From Octopus sinensis (Eukaryota), in contig NW_021834230.1 in NCBI RefSeq assembly GCF_006345805.1, positions 1 to 64,000 on the forward strand: a stretch of DNA of 64,000 nt, given 5' to 3'. A program made the translations under genes and the position numbers. This document shows positions 61,883-64,000 of this stretch, one piece after another (the first letter of the stretch is position 1; every line of letters starts with the position of its first letter). A model generated the notes under the pieces. That model saw only the letters and a program-made list of their open reading frames with translations. It was not told where the DNA came from and ran no database searches.

Positions 61883-62803
61883 TTTAATATGTTTTATATA
61901 TGTATATATTATGTATCTTTATAATATATATATAAATATTAATATATATCATATATATATATAATCTATATATATAATTTAAAGGGATTTTGTTCTAGGC
62001 AACCTGCAAAAGCCTGTGTGTTATTTCGTTTTTGTATTTATTTATTTATTTATATATTTTTTTTCGTTTTGTCCTCTTTCAACCTGGAACTATCAGCAGC
62101 AGCAGCAACAGCAGCAGCAAAAGGAAAAAAAACAATGTAAAAAAAAAAAAAAAACAAAACACAGTAGCAACAACAAAAACAACACAAAAATATGACCAAA
62201 TAAATATAGAAGTGACTGTCTTCTGGATTTGAACCCGTGTATAGCAGATGAGGAATATGTTTCTTGATGTAGGCGTAGTACATGTGTGTGGCTGTTGTGT
62301 GTACGTGTATGTATAAATTGTCTCTAAATATGTTTATATACATACATACATACATATATATATATACACACACATATAAATATGTATATATATACACACA
62401 CACATATACATACATATGCATTATATTATATGTATTCTATATGCATAATACGCATACACACATACATATTAGTGGGTCTTATTTAAATACTGTCAATATC
62501 AAATGGAAAATATATATATATATATATATGTGTGTGTGATTATATGCATTGTATACGTATGTCTCTCTCTCTCTTGATATATATATATATTATATTATAT
62601 ATATATATATATATATAATATATATATATATATATGTATACATACATATATTATATATGTGTATATGTGTGTGTATTTATATATATAAATATTGTGTATA
62701 TATATATATAAATATATATATATAGATAATATATATATCATATATATATACATATATAAAAACATATATATATATATATATATATGTATGATGCATGATA
62801 TAT

Positions 62804-62846
<43 letters not shown>

Positions 62847-63125
62847 TAATAATAGAAGGTAAAATCGTAACGATTTTTACCAAGTGGTCAGCGCTGATGA
62901 AATAAAACCTCATAGGGAAATTTCATAAATATTTTATAATTATATACATAATTATAAACAAGGCTTGGCTTATGCCTCCCCACACACTGAAAATAGATGT
63001 GGTGGTAATGGTGTCTTTTGATGCGATTTTTCAATGCTATGGGGAGGCACAAGGTGAGCCCTTGTTATAATTATGTATATAATTATAAAATATTATTTAT
63101 GTATGTGGTGTGGTGTGTATATATA

Positions 63126-63167
<42 letters not shown>

Positions 63168-63473
63168 ATATATGTACACAATATATATATGTATTTATAT
63201 ATATGTGTGTATATAAATTTCAACTATGTACATATAGATATATATATATATATATACAGACAATACAAATGCACACGGACATATACGTATATGCAGGTGC
63301 ATACATAATTTAACAGGTAGGTGTATTACTGTAGAAATATATCGTTACAAATATACCTGTGTGTGTGGATAATATACACAAAACACACATATGTGCTATA
63401 TATATAAATATATATTGTATGCTTACACATATATATATGCATGCATATATATATTATATATATATGCATGTGA

Positions 63474-63521
<48 letters not shown>

Positions 63522-63720
63522 TGTTGTGCATACGTATGCGGTATGTATATATATATATAATATTATATATATATATATATTATATGTATATTTATGTGTG
63601 TATATGTATACATACATATATATATGTTGGTAATATGTGTATATGTCTGATATATATACATATAAATGAATATATATATATATACACATGCGTATATAAA
63701 CATATAATATATATATATAG
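61430..63720. repeat. Extended degenerate (TA)n-rich microsatellite field
   Basis: Direct reading. Confidence 0.85.
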
Positions 63721-63728
63721 CTATTTTG

Positions 63729-63934
63729 CTATGTAGTGGCTTGTTTGCCTTTTGGGCACCTGTGGGCTGGGATGCATCGTCCATTGTGGAATACAGGTCT
63801 GTTATGTGTGCAGTGGCAACCCCTCACACACGGTTTCATGAGGCAGGATCGATCTATAGAGTTGATATTGTCGCAGGTTCGAGCACAGGCTGGGCCACAC
63901 ACGTTGAATTCAGCACCGTCGGGACACGTCTTGT
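63729..63934 (-). CDS. Terminal exon encoding a TIL (trypsin-inhibitor-like cysteine-rich) domain
   Basis: Hand translation (phase 1): KTCPDGAEFNVCGPACARTCDNINSIDRSCLMKPCVRGCHCTHNRPVFHNGRCIPAHRCPKGKQATT*; 10 Cys in TIL spacing; pyrimidine tract and CAG acceptor upstream. Confidence 0.85.
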
Positions 63935-64000
63935 CTGGCGTTGGTTATCATGGGGAAAAGACAGAAAGGAAGAAATTATAAATACAAAATTATAATTAAA

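Overview
AT-rich, microsatellite-laden eukaryotic DNA. The repeat content (tRNA-derived SINEs with internal (TA)n, CR1 and Penelope debris) suggests an octopus or other cephalopod genome; this is inference. Genes: (1) a complete RPL13/eL13 gene on + (putative TOP exon near 35675; CDS exons 39346-39591, 40535-40708, 47292-47507; 211 aa). Its introns carry six near-identical box C/D snoRNA copies, five in one intron, whose D' guide fits the conserved 18S Gm1328/Gm1271 site. (2) A 390-aa single-exon ORF for an unrecognised 2-TM protein (20758-21930). (3) A TIL-domain terminal exon on - (63729-63934) that the ORF track misses. Other notable items: a 5S rRNA-SINE chimera inside one 20-bp TSD, several Penelope-type hammerhead motifs (one fully canonical at 10411-10498), a 16/48-bp higher-order minisatellite, a ~2-kb palindrome, Helitron and hAT transposase fossils, and piggyBac-like and hAT MITEs. 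Repeat boundaries were read by eye and may be off by a few bases. SINE family letters A-D are my own labels.
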